Assembly (NCBI GenBank): GCA_017134395.1
Contig: CP070993.1
Coordinates: 87,231 to 151,230, forward strand
Direction: 5' to 3'
Length of the DNA stretch: 64,000 bases
Source of the DNA: Candidatus Kaiserbacteria bacterium
GTDB lineage: Bacteria > Patescibacteriota > Minisyncoccia > Phycocordibacterales > UBA2100
Shown here: piece by piece, positions 45,022 through 54,573 of the stretch
Position numbering within the stretch: the first letter of the stretch is position 1
Layout: the number at the start of each line of letters is the position of its first letter
Position numbers and translations under genes: made by a program
Notes under the pieces: generated by a model
Databases searched by the model: none
What the model was told of the DNA's origin: nothing
What the model saw: only the letters and a program-made list of their open reading frames with translations

Positions 45022-45894
45022 CTATTTCCGTCTTAGTGTCCCTAACTTTTCAACTATAACTCCATCAAGCTCAAGTTTTGATAAAAGTATATTTGCTTGA
45101 GTAATGGGGAGTGAAACTTCTTCGAGAAATTCATCTCTTGTTTTGGGCTCAGCTAATAAATCGTATATCTCTTGTTCTTCTTGTGAGAGTTTAAAGTTGG
45201 TTTGTTTTTCATCTTGTGCTTCGTGCTTTATGCTAAATACATCCAATATATCTTCTGGTGTAGTTATCGGAGTGGCACCAAGTTTCCAAAATTGATGTGC
45301 TCCACGCGATGAATCAGCAAAAATTGAAGCAGGCACCACGAGTAGCTCCCTATTGTAGTCGGTTGTGAGTCGTGCCGTTATTAAAGTACCCGAACGTTCA
45401 GTCGCCTCAATAACCAGTACCGCGTGTGACATACCTGCCATAATTCTATTTCTCTTTGGAAATGTCCACGGCGCTGCACTTTGTTCTGGTTCCAACTCAC
45501 TTAGTAAGGCACCCTTGTTTTCTAAGATCCTTTGCGCAAGTTGTACGTGTGAACGTGGGTATAGAACACTCTCTGAAAGTCCAGAACCGGGTACTGCAAT
45601 TGTGTGCAGTCCTATGTTTAGTGCTGCGGTGTGTGCATGACCATCTATACCTAATGCTAATCCAGACACAATAGAGATGTCATAGCCTTTAAGTCCGCCA
45701 ATAAGATAGTCGACTACCTCACGCCCGTAGCTGGTGCATTTTCTTGAGCCGACGACAGTAAGCAGCTTTGTTTCTGGGCTTGGGAGGGAACCTTGCATAT
45801 ACAAATACTCGGGCGGGTCGCTAATTTCCTGCAACAGTGGCGGGAAGTCCTTTGGAAGGATTTGTTGAATGAGCTGGCTCATAGTACGATTCAA
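45022..45894 (-). CDS. dprA: DNA-processing protein DprA/Smf
   Basis: VVGSRKCTSYG Rossmann motif, GLALGIDGHAH. Confidence 0.9.
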   Translation of the reverse strand: MNRTMSQLIQQILPKDFPPLLQEISDPPEYLYMQGSLPSPETKLLTVVGSRKCTSYGREVVDYLIGGLKGYDISIVSGLALGIDGHAHTAALNIGLHTIAVPGSGLSESVLYPRSHVQLAQRILENKGALLSELEPEQSAAPWTFPKRNRIMAGMSHAVLVIEATERSGTLITARLTTDYNRELLVVPASIFADSSRGAHQFWKLGATPITTPEDILDVFSIKHEAQDEKQTNFKLSQEEQEIYDLLAEPKTRDEFLEEVSLPITQANILLSKLELDGVIVEKLGTLRRK

Positions 45895-45910
45895 TTATAA
45901 CAAGGAATAT

Positions 45911-47182
45911 ATGCTAGACATTAAATTCATACGGGACAACAAAGATATTGTCGCAGCGGGTGCAAAGAAGAAACACGTCGATATTGATTTGGACGCTCTT
46001 ATCGCGCTTGATGATTCTCGTAAAGAACTTCTTCAAACCGTAGAAGAAAAACGCGCTCAACAAAATGAAGTCACGAAGACTATTGCATCAGAAAGGGATT
46101 CAGATAAGCGACAAAAAATGATTGAGCAAATGCAAACACTTAAAGCCGACATGCAGAAAGAAGAGGATGCACTGAAAGAGGTGATGGATAAGTGGCGATC
46201 ACTCATGTTGCAGGTTCCTAATGTCCCAGATATGTCGGTACCTGACGGCGCGACTGACGAAGACAATGTTGAGATAAGAACGTGGGGAGACAAACCGCAA
46301 TTTGGCTTTGAGCCAAAAGACCATATCGATATATTAACTGCACTCGATATGGTGGACTTTGAACGAGGTTCTAAGGTACATGGATTCCGTGGATACTTTT
46401 TAAAAAATGAAGGAGTGGAGCTTTCGTTTGCTATGTGGAACTACGCTCGAGATTTCTTTATGAAAAAGGGGTTAGACCTTATGATGCCACCGACAATCGT
46501 GCGAAAAGAAAACTTTTACGGTACAGGGCATTTACCAAACGAAGCTGAGGATTTATATAAAACGCAAGATGACGAGTTTCTTACGGGAACCGCCGAGGTG
46601 CCGGTGATGGGATACTATCGCGATGAAGAAATTGATTTTAGTAAACTCCCAATAAAACTTTTGGCTTTCTCGCCATGTTTTCGACGAGAGGCAGGGAGTC
46701 ACGGAAAAGATACGAAAGGTTTAATACGCGTTCACGAATTCTTTAAATGGGAACAGGTTATTTTGTCTGAGGCCAGCCACGAGAAAACTGTAGAGCTACA
46801 CGAATGGCTCACACAAAATACAGAAGAATTTATGCAATCACTGGGGATTCCATATCATGTTGTTGTAAACTGTGGAGGCGATTTAGGACAAGGGCAGGTA
46901 AAGAAATATGATATAGAGGCGTGGGTTCCAAAAGAGAGTAAGTATAGAGAAACTCACTCATCTTCATATTTCCATGATTTCCAAACACGTCGTTTTAATA
47001 TCACGTACCGAGATAGAGAAGGTAAAAAGCGCTTCGCTCACTCTCTGAACAACACCGCTGTCGCTGGCCCACGTATCCTTGTATCACTCGTTGAAAACTA
47101 TCAGCAAGCGGATGGCTCAATACAAATTCCAGAAGTACTTCGCCCGTATCTTGGAGGCAGAGAAGTCATTGTTAAAAAATAA
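45911..47182 (+). CDS. serS: seryl-tRNA synthetase
   Basis: N-terminal coiled-coil arm, class II motifs, 423 aa from MLDIKF. Confidence 0.95.
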   Translation: MLDIKFIRDNKDIVAAGAKKKHVDIDLDALIALDDSRKELLQTVEEKRAQQNEVTKTIASERDSDKRQKMIEQMQTLKADMQKEEDALKEVMDKWRSLMLQVPNVPDMSVPDGATDEDNVEIRTWGDKPQFGFEPKDHIDILTALDMVDFERGSKVHGFRGYFLKNEGVELSFAMWNYARDFFMKKGLDLMMPPTIVRKENFYGTGHLPNEAEDLYKTQDDEFLTGTAEVPVMGYYRDEEIDFSKLPIKLLAFSPCFRREAGSHGKDTKGLIRVHEFFKWEQVILSEASHEKTVELHEWLTQNTEEFMQSLGIPYHVVVNCGGDLGQGQVKKYDIEAWVPKESKYRETHSSSYFHDFQTRRFNITYRDREGKKRFAHSLNNTAVAGPRILVSLVENYQQADGSIQIPEVLRPYLGGREVIVKK

Positions 47183-47185
47183 AAT

Positions 47186-48082
47186 ATGTGGCGTAATAGT
47201 CGTAGAACATCTAGGAATTCCATAAAACGGAAGTCTGTATCTACAAAAGGAGTACGAGCTCAAACTAAACTAGCACGCTCAAAAGTTGCTCAAAAACGTT
47301 TTAGAGTACGGCTTCTTATCTTTGGCTTCATCCTCATCATAATTACTTCCTTGCTAGGAGCGCTCAGTTGGGTTTCATTCTCGCATGTACTTGCTGTACA
47401 AAAAACTGAAATTATTGGGAACAGTGAAGTGCGAACACGTGCAATACAAGAGACTTTATTTCGTAATACACAAAGACCTCTCATTGGTCTCTTTTCGCGG
47501 CAGAATACAGTGCTGTATCCCGCTGCTGAGCTAGAAGGAATTCTTTTATACGAGTTCCCCAAAATAAAAAGTGTCACTATTGATTCACAATTAACAAAGC
47601 AACAAGTGCTAGTAACTGTTGCTGAACGTGAGCCGTATGCACAATGGTGTAGAAATTTTAATGAGGTATATACGTGTTACTTTATAGATGCAGAAGGGTT
47701 TATATATGAAGAATCGGCTCTCGCTGATTTTCTGATTTTTGAAAATGGAATTGATGAATCAAAAGACGATGTGCTGCGTACATTTGTGGAACCGAAATAT
47801 TTTCAAGACGTTAAAGAGTTTCTTTCTAAATTAAAAGTTTTAGACGTACAGGTAAAGAAATTTGTATTTGAAGGAATTGATGGACGAATATATTTAGAAC
47901 CTGAGTGGGAAATTCGAATAGCATTAGACAAGGGTTTGGAAACGACGGCAGTCAATCTTGAAGCGGTATTAGATGAGTATCATCTACGAGACAGGCTCAG
48001 CGAGCTTCAATATATAGACCTGCGCTTTGGGGAACGTGTGTATCACACATTTAAGGAAAGTACTGACACGCAAGAAGAGTAA
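47186..48082 (+). CDS. ftsQ: FtsQ/DivIB-like protein (basic N-term, one TM, POTRA-like domain)
   Basis: architecture; located away from dcw cluster. Confidence 0.5.
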   Translation: MWRNSRRTSRNSIKRKSVSTKGVRAQTKLARSKVAQKRFRVRLLIFGFILIIITSLLGALSWVSFSHVLAVQKTEIIGNSEVRTRAIQETLFRNTQRPLIGLFSRQNTVLYPAAELEGILLYEFPKIKSVTIDSQLTKQQVLVTVAEREPYAQWCRNFNEVYTCYFIDAEGFIYEESALADFLIFENGIDESKDDVLRTFVEPKYFQDVKEFLSKLKVLDVQVKKFVFEGIDGRIYLEPEWEIRIALDKGLETTAVNLEAVLDEYHLRDRLSELQYIDLRFGERVYHTFKESTDTQEE

Positions 48083-48097
48083 TGCTAGTGTAGTGCA

Positions 48098-49090
48098 ATG
48101 AATTTTTGGGAAACATTAGAAAAACCGTTTTTTGTCTGCGCGCCGATGGAGGACGTAACTGATGCCGCGTTTCGCTCGGTTATTGCGAAATACAGTAAAG
48201 GCAAAGGAGGTAAATATGTGACCTTTACGGAATTTACTTCTGCAGACGGATTGGTATTTGCGGATGAAAAAGGGCAGGAGAAGCTACGGAAGAAATTTCG
48301 CTTTACCGAAGAAGAGCGACCTATAGTTGCGCAGATATTTAGTGCAACTCCAGAACATATAGAAAAAGCTGCTGCTATTGCGCGCGAGTGTGGGTTCGAT
48401 GGAGTAGACATAAATATGGGGTGCCCAGATAGATCAGTGGAAAAGCAGGGGGCAGGGGCAGCACTGATAAAGAATCCAAAACTCGCCCAAGAACTTATTT
48501 ACGCTGCAAAGAAGGGAGCTGGCGACTTACCAGTGTCGGTTAAAACACGCATTGGCTACAATGAGGTTCAGCTAGAGGAATGGCTCACTACGCTTCTTGA
48601 GACACAGCCAGCTGCCATTACACTTCATGCACGGACACGTAAAGAAATGAGCAAAGTTCCAGCACAGTGGAATCTTATAGCCGATGCTGTCGCTCTTCGT
48701 GATTCTTTCTGTGAGTCTAAAGAGCATAAGACCCTGATTATAGGAAATGGCGATGTTGCAAGCATTGCACATGCGCGAGAGCGTGCTACAGAAAGTGGTG
48801 CAGACGGTGTAATGATTGGGCGTGGAATGTTTGGCAATCCGTGGTGTATGTCTGACCATCAGCCAACACACGAAGAAAAACTCCGCGCACTTATTGAACA
48901 TACTGAGTTATTTGAGAAAGAGTTTAAGGGAGCTAAAAGTTTTGCAACTATGCGCAAGCATTTTTCAAGTTATGTAGAGGGTTTCGAAGGAGCAAAGCAA
49001 CTCCGTATTGCACTTATGGCGTGCGACGATGCTGCACAAGTGCAACAGGTTATTGAGGAACACCTTGCTCAACTTGAAAAGCTGGAGTAG
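48098..49090 (+). CDS. dus: tRNA-dihydrouridine synthase
   Basis: FFVCAPMEDVTD, DINMGCP FMN/catalytic Cys motifs. Confidence 0.9.
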   Translation: MNFWETLEKPFFVCAPMEDVTDAAFRSVIAKYSKGKGGKYVTFTEFTSADGLVFADEKGQEKLRKKFRFTEEERPIVAQIFSATPEHIEKAAAIARECGFDGVDINMGCPDRSVEKQGAGAALIKNPKLAQELIYAAKKGAGDLPVSVKTRIGYNEVQLEEWLTTLLETQPAAITLHARTRKEMSKVPAQWNLIADAVALRDSFCESKEHKTLIIGNGDVASIAHARERATESGADGVMIGRGMFGNPWCMSDHQPTHEEKLRALIEHTELFEKEFKGAKSFATMRKHFSSYVEGFEGAKQLRIALMACDDAAQVQQVIEEHLAQLEKLE

Positions 49091-49125
49091 TCTGTGGTTT
49101 GGTTCATATTAGAAAGGGGACTAGA

Positions 49126-49347
49126 ATGGGAAAACCATTTAAGGGATGTGGCTATCTCCCAAAAGACGCCGAGAGAGAGTCTGAGGATTGCGCACGTATG
49201 TCTGCGGTTCTACGGAATGAAAAGTGCAGAGGCTGTAAATCGCCATATAAAGTTGATCCTCCTGCTGGTACAGGTCGTACTCCAGGAGAGGTGCCGATTG
49301 TCAGCGCGGCAAAAGAAACTAGCCACACACAGTTTCTCAAAGAATAA
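49126..49347 (+). CDS. small Cys-containing protein (73 aa from MGKPFKGCG)
   Basis: AAAGGGGA RBS; strong terminator 49366-49405. Confidence 0.4.
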   Translation: MGKPFKGCGYLPKDAERESEDCARMSAVLRNEKCRGCKSPYKVDPPAGTGRTPGEVPIVSAAKETSHTQFLKE

Positions 49348-49365
49348 CATCGCGTTTGCGCGAAA

Positions 49366-49405
49366 AAAGAGGCTGCTTGTGTATCAAGGCAGCCTCTTCT
49401 TTTTA
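49366..49405 (+). terminator. rho-independent terminator AAGAGGCTGCTTG-TGTATC-AAGGCAGCCTCTT + T-run
   Basis: read from sequence. Confidence 0.75.
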
Positions 49406-49454
49406 TTTCTATTGCAAAATAAAGAATCAAGAGGTATTTTGTTTAGCAGAAAAG

Positions 49455-49592
49455 GAGAGCAGCATGAAACTCATCACATCCATTTGGAAATCTTTTCTTG
49501 GACTTCTCCAAACCATTGGAACAGTCAAAATGCGCCAACAAGGCGCCCCTGAAAAATATCTTCTTTCAGAAGAAGATTTAAGAAACAAGTAA
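49455..49592 (+). CDS. 45-aa small protein MKLITSIWKSFLGLLQTIGTVKMRQQGAPEKYLLSEEDLRNK
   Basis: AAAAGGAGAG RBS 5 nt upstream; own terminator 49611-49650. Confidence 0.4.
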   Translation, partial: ESSMKLITSIWKSFLGLLQTIGTVKMRQQGAPEKYLLSEEDLRNK

Positions 49593-49610
49593 TGTTGTAT
49601 ACTGCTTTCT

Positions 49611-49650
49611 AGAGTGCTTGCCGTTTTTTAGCGGCAAGCACTCTTTTATA
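49611..49650 (+). terminator. rho-independent terminator AGAGTGCTTGCCG-TTTTTTA-GCGGCAAGCACTCT + T-run
   Basis: read from sequence. Confidence 0.75.
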
Positions 49651-49668
49651 TTTTTGCTACAATTGCCT

Positions 49669-50721
49669 ACAATGAAGAAAGAGAATCATATTGCACTCTA
49701 TCGAAAGTACAGACCAGAATCGTTTAAAGATGTCATCGGGCAAGATCATGTCGTTGAGGTTCTTAAAAAATCTATTGCTGAAAAGAATATAGCCCACGCA
49801 TATTTGTTTGCAGGTGGGCGAGGAACTGGGAAAACAACCATTGCACGCATTCTGGCAAATGAGATAGGCACGACAAGTAAAGATTTGTACGAGATGGATG
49901 CAGCATCGAATCGTAAGATTGATGACTTTCGTGAACTTAACGAATCGGTACATACCTTACCGTTTGATTCAGAGTATAAGGTATACATTATTGATGAGGT
50001 GCACATGCTTACAAAAGAAGCGTTTAATGCCTTTCTTAAAACACTTGAAGAGCCACCAAAGCATGTTGTATTTATTCTTGCGACAACTGAAATTGATAAA
50101 CTTCCAGACACTATCGTTTCGCGCTGCCAAACATATACATTTAAAAAACCGACACGACCGATTCTTTCAACTGCAATTTTGAATGTTGCCAAAGGCGAGA
50201 AAGTTACTATCGAGAAAGATGCAGCAGAACTCATTGCCATCATTGCTGACGGTTCATTTCGAGATGCCTTAGGGGTACTACAAAAAGTACTTTCGTACTC
50301 AACTGATAAAAAGATAACTCGCAGTGAAGTAGAATCGGTGACTGGTGCACCACGAGCGGAACTCATTCATGAGCTATTGACTGCAATTTCTGAGGGTGTA
50401 TTAGACGATGCACTTGCATCGATACATGGTGCAGTTGAAGTCAATGTTGATTTTGCTACGTTCTTAAAACTCATATTGGACAGAGTGCGTGCAGTAATTC
50501 TGATGCGAAACTCAAAGAAAATGGAGTCGTCACTACAGAATCAATTTAGTGAGGAAGAATTTGAGTTTTTGCAAAAACTTTCTCAAGTTTCTGATACGAA
50601 ACTCAATTCAAAGGCATTAACTGCAATTCTTGGTGCGTATGTCGATACGCCGCATGCATATATCAAGCAGTTGCCACTAGAGCTTGCCCTTATCGAAGCG
50701 ATTGGAAAATCATATGAGTAA
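49669..50721 (+). CDS. dnaX: DNA polymerase III gamma/tau subunit, short (gamma-only length)
   Basis: HAYLFAGGRGTGKTT Walker A, DEVHML, SRC sensor. Confidence 0.9.
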   Translation, partial: TMKKENHIALYRKYRPESFKDVIGQDHVVEVLKKSIAEKNIAHAYLFAGGRGTGKTTIARILANEIGTTSKDLYEMDAASNRKIDDFRELNESVHTLPFDSEYKVYIIDEVHMLTKEAFNAFLKTLEEPPKHVVFILATTEIDKLPDTIVSRCQTYTFKKPTRPILSTAILNVAKGEKVTIEKDAAELIAIIADGSFRDALGVLQKVLSYSTDKKITRSEVESVTGAPRAELIHELLTAISEGVLDDALASIHGAVEVNVDFATFLKLILDRVRAVILMRNSKKMESSLQNQFSEEEFEFLQKLSQVSDTKLNSKALTAILGAYVDTPHAYIKQLPLELALIEAIGKSYE

Positions 50722-51379
50722 TCCTAAAAAACATATTTATCTAGTGCGTCATGGGCGCAGTCACGCAAACGAAACAGGTATCCGTGAAGGTGCAGAGTCT
50801 CCATTAACTGAAGATGGCGAAAAACAAGCGGACTTTGTTGCTGCTCGTTTTCGAAGCATCCCTATAGACGTTGTCTTAACAAGCCACTATGTGCGTGCGT
50901 ACGACACAGGAAAAAAAATTGCTGACGCATCCAATGTACCTCTCGAGACAGTATCAATGGCGTATGAGCGTGAGCTCCCCCTGGAAGTTCAAGGAAAACA
51001 TCGTGATGACCCTGCTGTGCGACAAGCAGTTGCACAATTTGAGTACAGTTGGATGCGTGACGCGAATACCGATAATGGTGAGCATTTTGATGATATTAAG
51101 AAGCGAGTGGTAGAACTTACTGAGTTACTAGAAGCGCGACCAGAAGAACATATTGTTGTTACCTCACACGGTTTCTTTTTAAAGTTTTTCATAGCACACC
51201 ATTTACTTGGCGAATATCTTACTCCAGATATTTTTGTAAACCAGCTGATGCATACGATGCGAAGTGCAAATACAGGCATTACGTATTTTACCTTGGGTGG
51301 TAAAAAAGATTGGTCACTATGCTCTTGGAATGACTACGCACACCTAGGAGAAATCGTTCGTGAAAGGTGGTACTCGTAG
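50714..51379 (+). CDS. histidine phosphatase (phosphoglycerate mutase family)
   Basis: LVRHGRSHAN RHG motif, C-terminal SHG. Confidence 0.8.
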   Translation: MSNPKKHIYLVRHGRSHANETGIREGAESPLTEDGEKQADFVAARFRSIPIDVVLTSHYVRAYDTGKKIADASNVPLETVSMAYERELPLEVQGKHRDDPAVRQAVAQFEYSWMRDANTDNGEHFDDIKKRVVELTELLEARPEEHIVVTSHGFFLKFFIAHHLLGEYLTPDIFVNQLMHTMRSANTGITYFTLGGKKDWSLCSWNDYAHLGEIVRERWYS

Positions 51380-51430
51380 AGGAGATTTGCTAGGATAGTG
51401 CACATTGCACAAAGATAGTGTGATGAATAC

Positions 51431-51501
51431 TACCGGATCGTCTAATGGTAGGACACCTGGTTTTGGTCCAGGCAATCTAGGTTCGAGTCCTAGTCCGGTA
51501 G
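51431..51501 (+). tRNA. tRNA-Gln (anticodon TTG)
   Basis: acceptor TACCGGA/TCCGGTA, anticodon loop TTTTGGT, T-loop TTCGAGT. Confidence 0.85.
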
Positions 51502-51510
51502 CACGCTCAA

Positions 51511-51546
51511 GAAGCCGCGACACGTATAGTGTCGTGGCTTTTTTCG
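51511..51546 (+). terminator. terminator AAGCCGCGACAC-GTATAG-TGTCGTGGCTTTTTT
   Basis: hairpin + T-run. Confidence 0.65.
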
Positions 51547-51551
51547 CGCAG

Positions 51552-51571
51552 TAATTAACTCTAGAGTTAAT
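51552..51571. repeat. perfect 20-bp palindrome AATTAACTCTAGAGTTAATT
   Basis: read directly. Confidence 0.8.
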
Positions 51572-51670
51572 TCCGTACCTTTTGATACAATTCCAACTAA
51601 CCTAGTATGTTATTTTTGTTAGTCGCAACAATAGTAATTTTTTGTACAACATATTGCGTATTGCATTGTT

Positions 51671-52228
51671 ATGAATAAAACCCTTACACTTGATGGTAAA
51701 GATATCAATTATCAAATAAGAAGAAGTACACGAGCTAAGCACGTTAATTTAACTGTTCATGCTAATGGAGCTGTTGTTGTTGCGCTGCCGCATACTGCGC
51801 TGGAAAGTTTAGCGGAAGCATTTATACGTGAAAAAGCACAGTGGCTAATGAAGCGTCTCAGTTACTTTAAAAAATTTGAAAATACATCACTCGCAGCTCT
51901 CACACGAAAAGATTATCTGAAGAATAAAGAGAGTGCGCGTATTCTTGCACACGAAAGACTTGAACACTTTAACTCTCTCTATAAATTCTCATATAATTCT
52001 GTTTCCATACGTGACCAAAAGAAATGTTGGGGGAGTTGCTCGAATAAAAAGAACTTAAACTTTAATTACAAAATTTTATTTATTTCAGAAGCGCTACGAA
52101 ACTACGTCATTGTGCATGAACTCTGCCACCTACAAGAACTCAATCATTCAAAGAAATTCTGGGATTTAGTAGCTCGTACCATTCCAAACTATAAAGAGTG
52201 CAAGAAAGAGCTGGGGAAGATCCTCTAG
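51671..52228 (+). CDS. YgjP-like (DUF45/M48-superfamily) zinc metallohydrolase
   Basis: HELCHLQELNH HExxH near C-terminus. Confidence 0.7.
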   Translation: MNKTLTLDGKDINYQIRRSTRAKHVNLTVHANGAVVVALPHTALESLAEAFIREKAQWLMKRLSYFKKFENTSLAALTRKDYLKNKESARILAHERLEHFNSLYKFSYNSVSIRDQKKCWGSCSNKKNLNFNYKILFISEALRNYVIVHELCHLQELNHSKKFWDLVARTIPNYKECKKELGKIL

Positions 52229-52236
52229 GCCTATAA

Positions 52237-53190
52237 TTGCGACAAATGAGACACATAGAATACTGTGGTAAAATGTATTTCATGAAAAAATCAATCATTA
52301 TCGCACTCATAATTATTATTCTTGGAGGTATTGGATACTTTATTAGTCAAAAGTCTTCAACTGGAGTAACAGAAACTACTGACACAACTGTGGTAGCTGA
52401 TACAAACACTGAAGAAAACACAGGAGTAACAGACATGGTAGAAGACGAAGGCACGACACGCATTGGTGCTTCTGTGGAAGGGGGAGCGATTACAGCGTAT
52501 CACTACGGTACTGGAGATACAGAACTTCTATTCGTCGGTGGAATTCATGGAGGATACTCATGGAACACTGCACTGGTTGCGTACGAAATGATGGATTACT
52601 TAGAGGCAAATCCTTCTACTATTCCAGAGAACGTAAAAGTAACAGTGATTCCTGTACTTAACCCTGACGGGCTCGCCAAGGTTGTTGGTACAGCTGGACG
52701 ATTTACGGAAGCTGATGTGCCAGCCTCTGTTGAAGCAACCATTCCTGGGCGCTTCAACGCACGCGACGTTGACCTCAACCGAAACTTCGACTGTGAGTGG
52801 CAACCATCGAGCAAGTGGCAAAGTACAACCGTTAGTGGAGGTACAGAAACATTCTCTGAACCTGAGACCCAGGCAATTCGTGATTACGTAGGAGTAAATC
52901 AACCTGAAGCGGTTGTTGTTTGGTACAGTGCTGCAGGAGGCGTATTTGCTTCAAGCTGTCGTAACGGAGTATCGGCTGAAACAAACACACTTACAAACCT
53001 TTACGCTGATGCATCTGGTTATCAAGCGTACGAAGAATTTGATTTCTACGAAATAACAGGAGATATGGTGAATTGGCTCGCAAAGAACAATATACCTGCT
53101 ATTAGCGTTCTTCTTTCAGACCATCAAAATACCGAGTGGACAAAGAATCAAAAGGGTATCGAAGCGCTTCTTAACCATTACGCTAACTAA
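52237..53190 (+). CDS. membrane-anchored M14-family carboxypeptidase-like paralogue 1, predicted inactive
   Basis: DVDLNRNFDC M14 signature; HGGYSWN, VWYSA, AISVLLS in place of paralogue-2 HGGYEWN, FWHSQ, AITVELK. Confidence 0.65.
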   Translation: MRQMRHIEYCGKMYFMKKSIIIALIIIILGGIGYFISQKSSTGVTETTDTTVVADTNTEENTGVTDMVEDEGTTRIGASVEGGAITAYHYGTGDTELLFVGGIHGGYSWNTALVAYEMMDYLEANPSTIPENVKVTVIPVLNPDGLAKVVGTAGRFTEADVPASVEATIPGRFNARDVDLNRNFDCEWQPSSKWQSTTVSGGTETFSEPETQAIRDYVGVNQPEAVVVWYSAAGGVFASSCRNGVSAETNTLTNLYADASGYQAYEEFDFYEITGDMVNWLAKNNIPAISVLLSDHQNTEWTKNQKGIEALLNHYAN

Positions 53191-53198
53191 TACGATTT

Positions 53199-54077
53199 GT
53201 GCGGTACAAACTTGTTGGTTTCGTTTTATTCCTTCTTGCTGTAGGAGTTCTTGGCTTCTTTCTTTTTCAAAACTCATTGGAAACTGTTGTCGAGCCAGAA
53301 GTGAAAGACACGCTGGGTGTACCAGTTACTATCGGGACTTCAGTTGAAGGACGAGCTATTGACGCATATACCTACGGAGAAGGCGAAACACATCTTTTAT
53401 TTGTTGGTGGTATTCACGGAGGCTATGAGTGGAATAGTGTTTTGCTCGCGTATACGTTTATCGACTATCTCAATGCTAACGCTCATACGGTACCAGAGGA
53501 TATTACGATTAGTGTAATACCTGCGCTCAATCCTGACGGGCTTTTTGATGTTATTGGGAAGGAGGGAAGATTTACACCAAGTGATATCTCCGTCGATACA
53601 ACTAACGGTACTGGACGTTTTAATGCGCAGGGTGTTGATCTCAACCGAAATTTTGACTGTAAGTGGCAGCCAGAAAGTACGTGGCGAAATAAACCGGTGG
53701 GTGCAGGTACAGAACCATTTTCTGAACCCGAAGCTACTGCTATTCGTGATCTCGTGACAAATAGAAAGATAGATGCCGTAGTTTTTTGGCATAGTCAATC
53801 TAACGCAGTCTATGCTTCGGAGTGTGAAGAAGGTGTGCTTCCTGCAACGATTGCCATTATGAATGCATATTCAGATGCAGCAGGGTATAAAGCGATTGAA
53901 TCGTTCGATGCGTATCCCATAACAGGCGATGCTGAAGGCTGGTTGGCTTCTATTGGAGTTCCAGCGATTACTGTAGAACTAAAGACTCACGAAACAATAG
54001 AATGGAAAGAAAATTTAGCTGGCGTCCGTGCACTTTTGAGTTATTTTAGTGAAGTTGAAAATTCGCTCACAAAATAG
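53199..54077 (+). CDS. membrane-anchored M14-family zinc carboxypeptidase (MpaA/gamma-D-Glu-DAP peptidase-like) paralogue 2
   Basis: IHGGYEW, GVDLNRNFDC, FWHSQ, ITVELK. Confidence 0.7.
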   Translation: MRYKLVGFVLFLLAVGVLGFFLFQNSLETVVEPEVKDTLGVPVTIGTSVEGRAIDAYTYGEGETHLLFVGGIHGGYEWNSVLLAYTFIDYLNANAHTVPEDITISVIPALNPDGLFDVIGKEGRFTPSDISVDTTNGTGRFNAQGVDLNRNFDCKWQPESTWRNKPVGAGTEPFSEPEATAIRDLVTNRKIDAVVFWHSQSNAVYASECEEGVLPATIAIMNAYSDAAGYKAIESFDAYPITGDAEGWLASIGVPAITVELKTHETIEWKENLAGVRALLSYFSEVENSLTK

Positions 54078-54104
54078 CTTTACAGAGCCATACTTCTGCT
54101 GAAC

Positions 54105-54178
54105 ACCACCACAAGAGTACTTCTATTATTTCTAAATATTGCATACTAAGAAAAATTGGTCGCTCAGTCGACTGTTGC
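54105..54178. repeat. intergenic repeat family copy B
   Basis: ACCACCACAAGAGTACTTCTATTATTTCTAAATATTGCATACTAAGAAAAATTGGTCGCTCAGTCGACTG. Confidence 0.6.
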
Positions 54179-54230
54179 GTTTGTTTTTGACCCTGCACTT
54201 AAGAGGGAGATAGTTTGGTATACTTTTTGT

Positions 54231-54557
54231 ATGAAATTATCAAAAGAATATATAAACTATCTAAAGGATAATCCAGAGGGCTACTGGTTTAAACGTAAAG
54301 TGTATGGCTGGGGTTGGGTACCGGCAACATGGCAAGGAATACTAACCACTGTTGTGTATATTCTTGCTGTTCTCTTTTTTGCATTTACACTTGACGAAAA
54401 TAGCTCTGGTCGTGAAGTTGTGTTCACCTTTTTGCTCCCCTTTGTTTTTCTTACGATTACTTTTATCCGCGTTGCGTACTTAAAAGGAGAAAAGCCAAAA
54501 TGGCAGTGGGGTATACCTAAGAAAGAAACCCAAGTAGGTAACGATACTAATAATTAA
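54231..54557 (+). CDS. small membrane protein (start MKLSKEY; upstream ORF extension lies in the repeat)
   Basis: 2-3 TM. Confidence 0.4.
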   Translation: MKLSKEYINYLKDNPEGYWFKRKVYGWGWVPATWQGILTTVVYILAVLFFAFTLDENSSGREVVFTFLLPFVFLTITFIRVAYLKGEKPKWQWGIPKKETQVGNDTNN

Positions 54558-54573
54558 TACTAAGTTTATATAT

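Noticed and set aside
49746-50366. 206-aa minus-strand ORF
   Set aside because: It is antisense to dnaX, which has clear Walker A and sensor motifs.
54156-54230. 5' extension of the 54156..54557 ORF (MVAQSTVAFVFD...)
   Set aside because: It lies within intergenic repeat copy B. The MKLSKEY start at 54231 is preferred.
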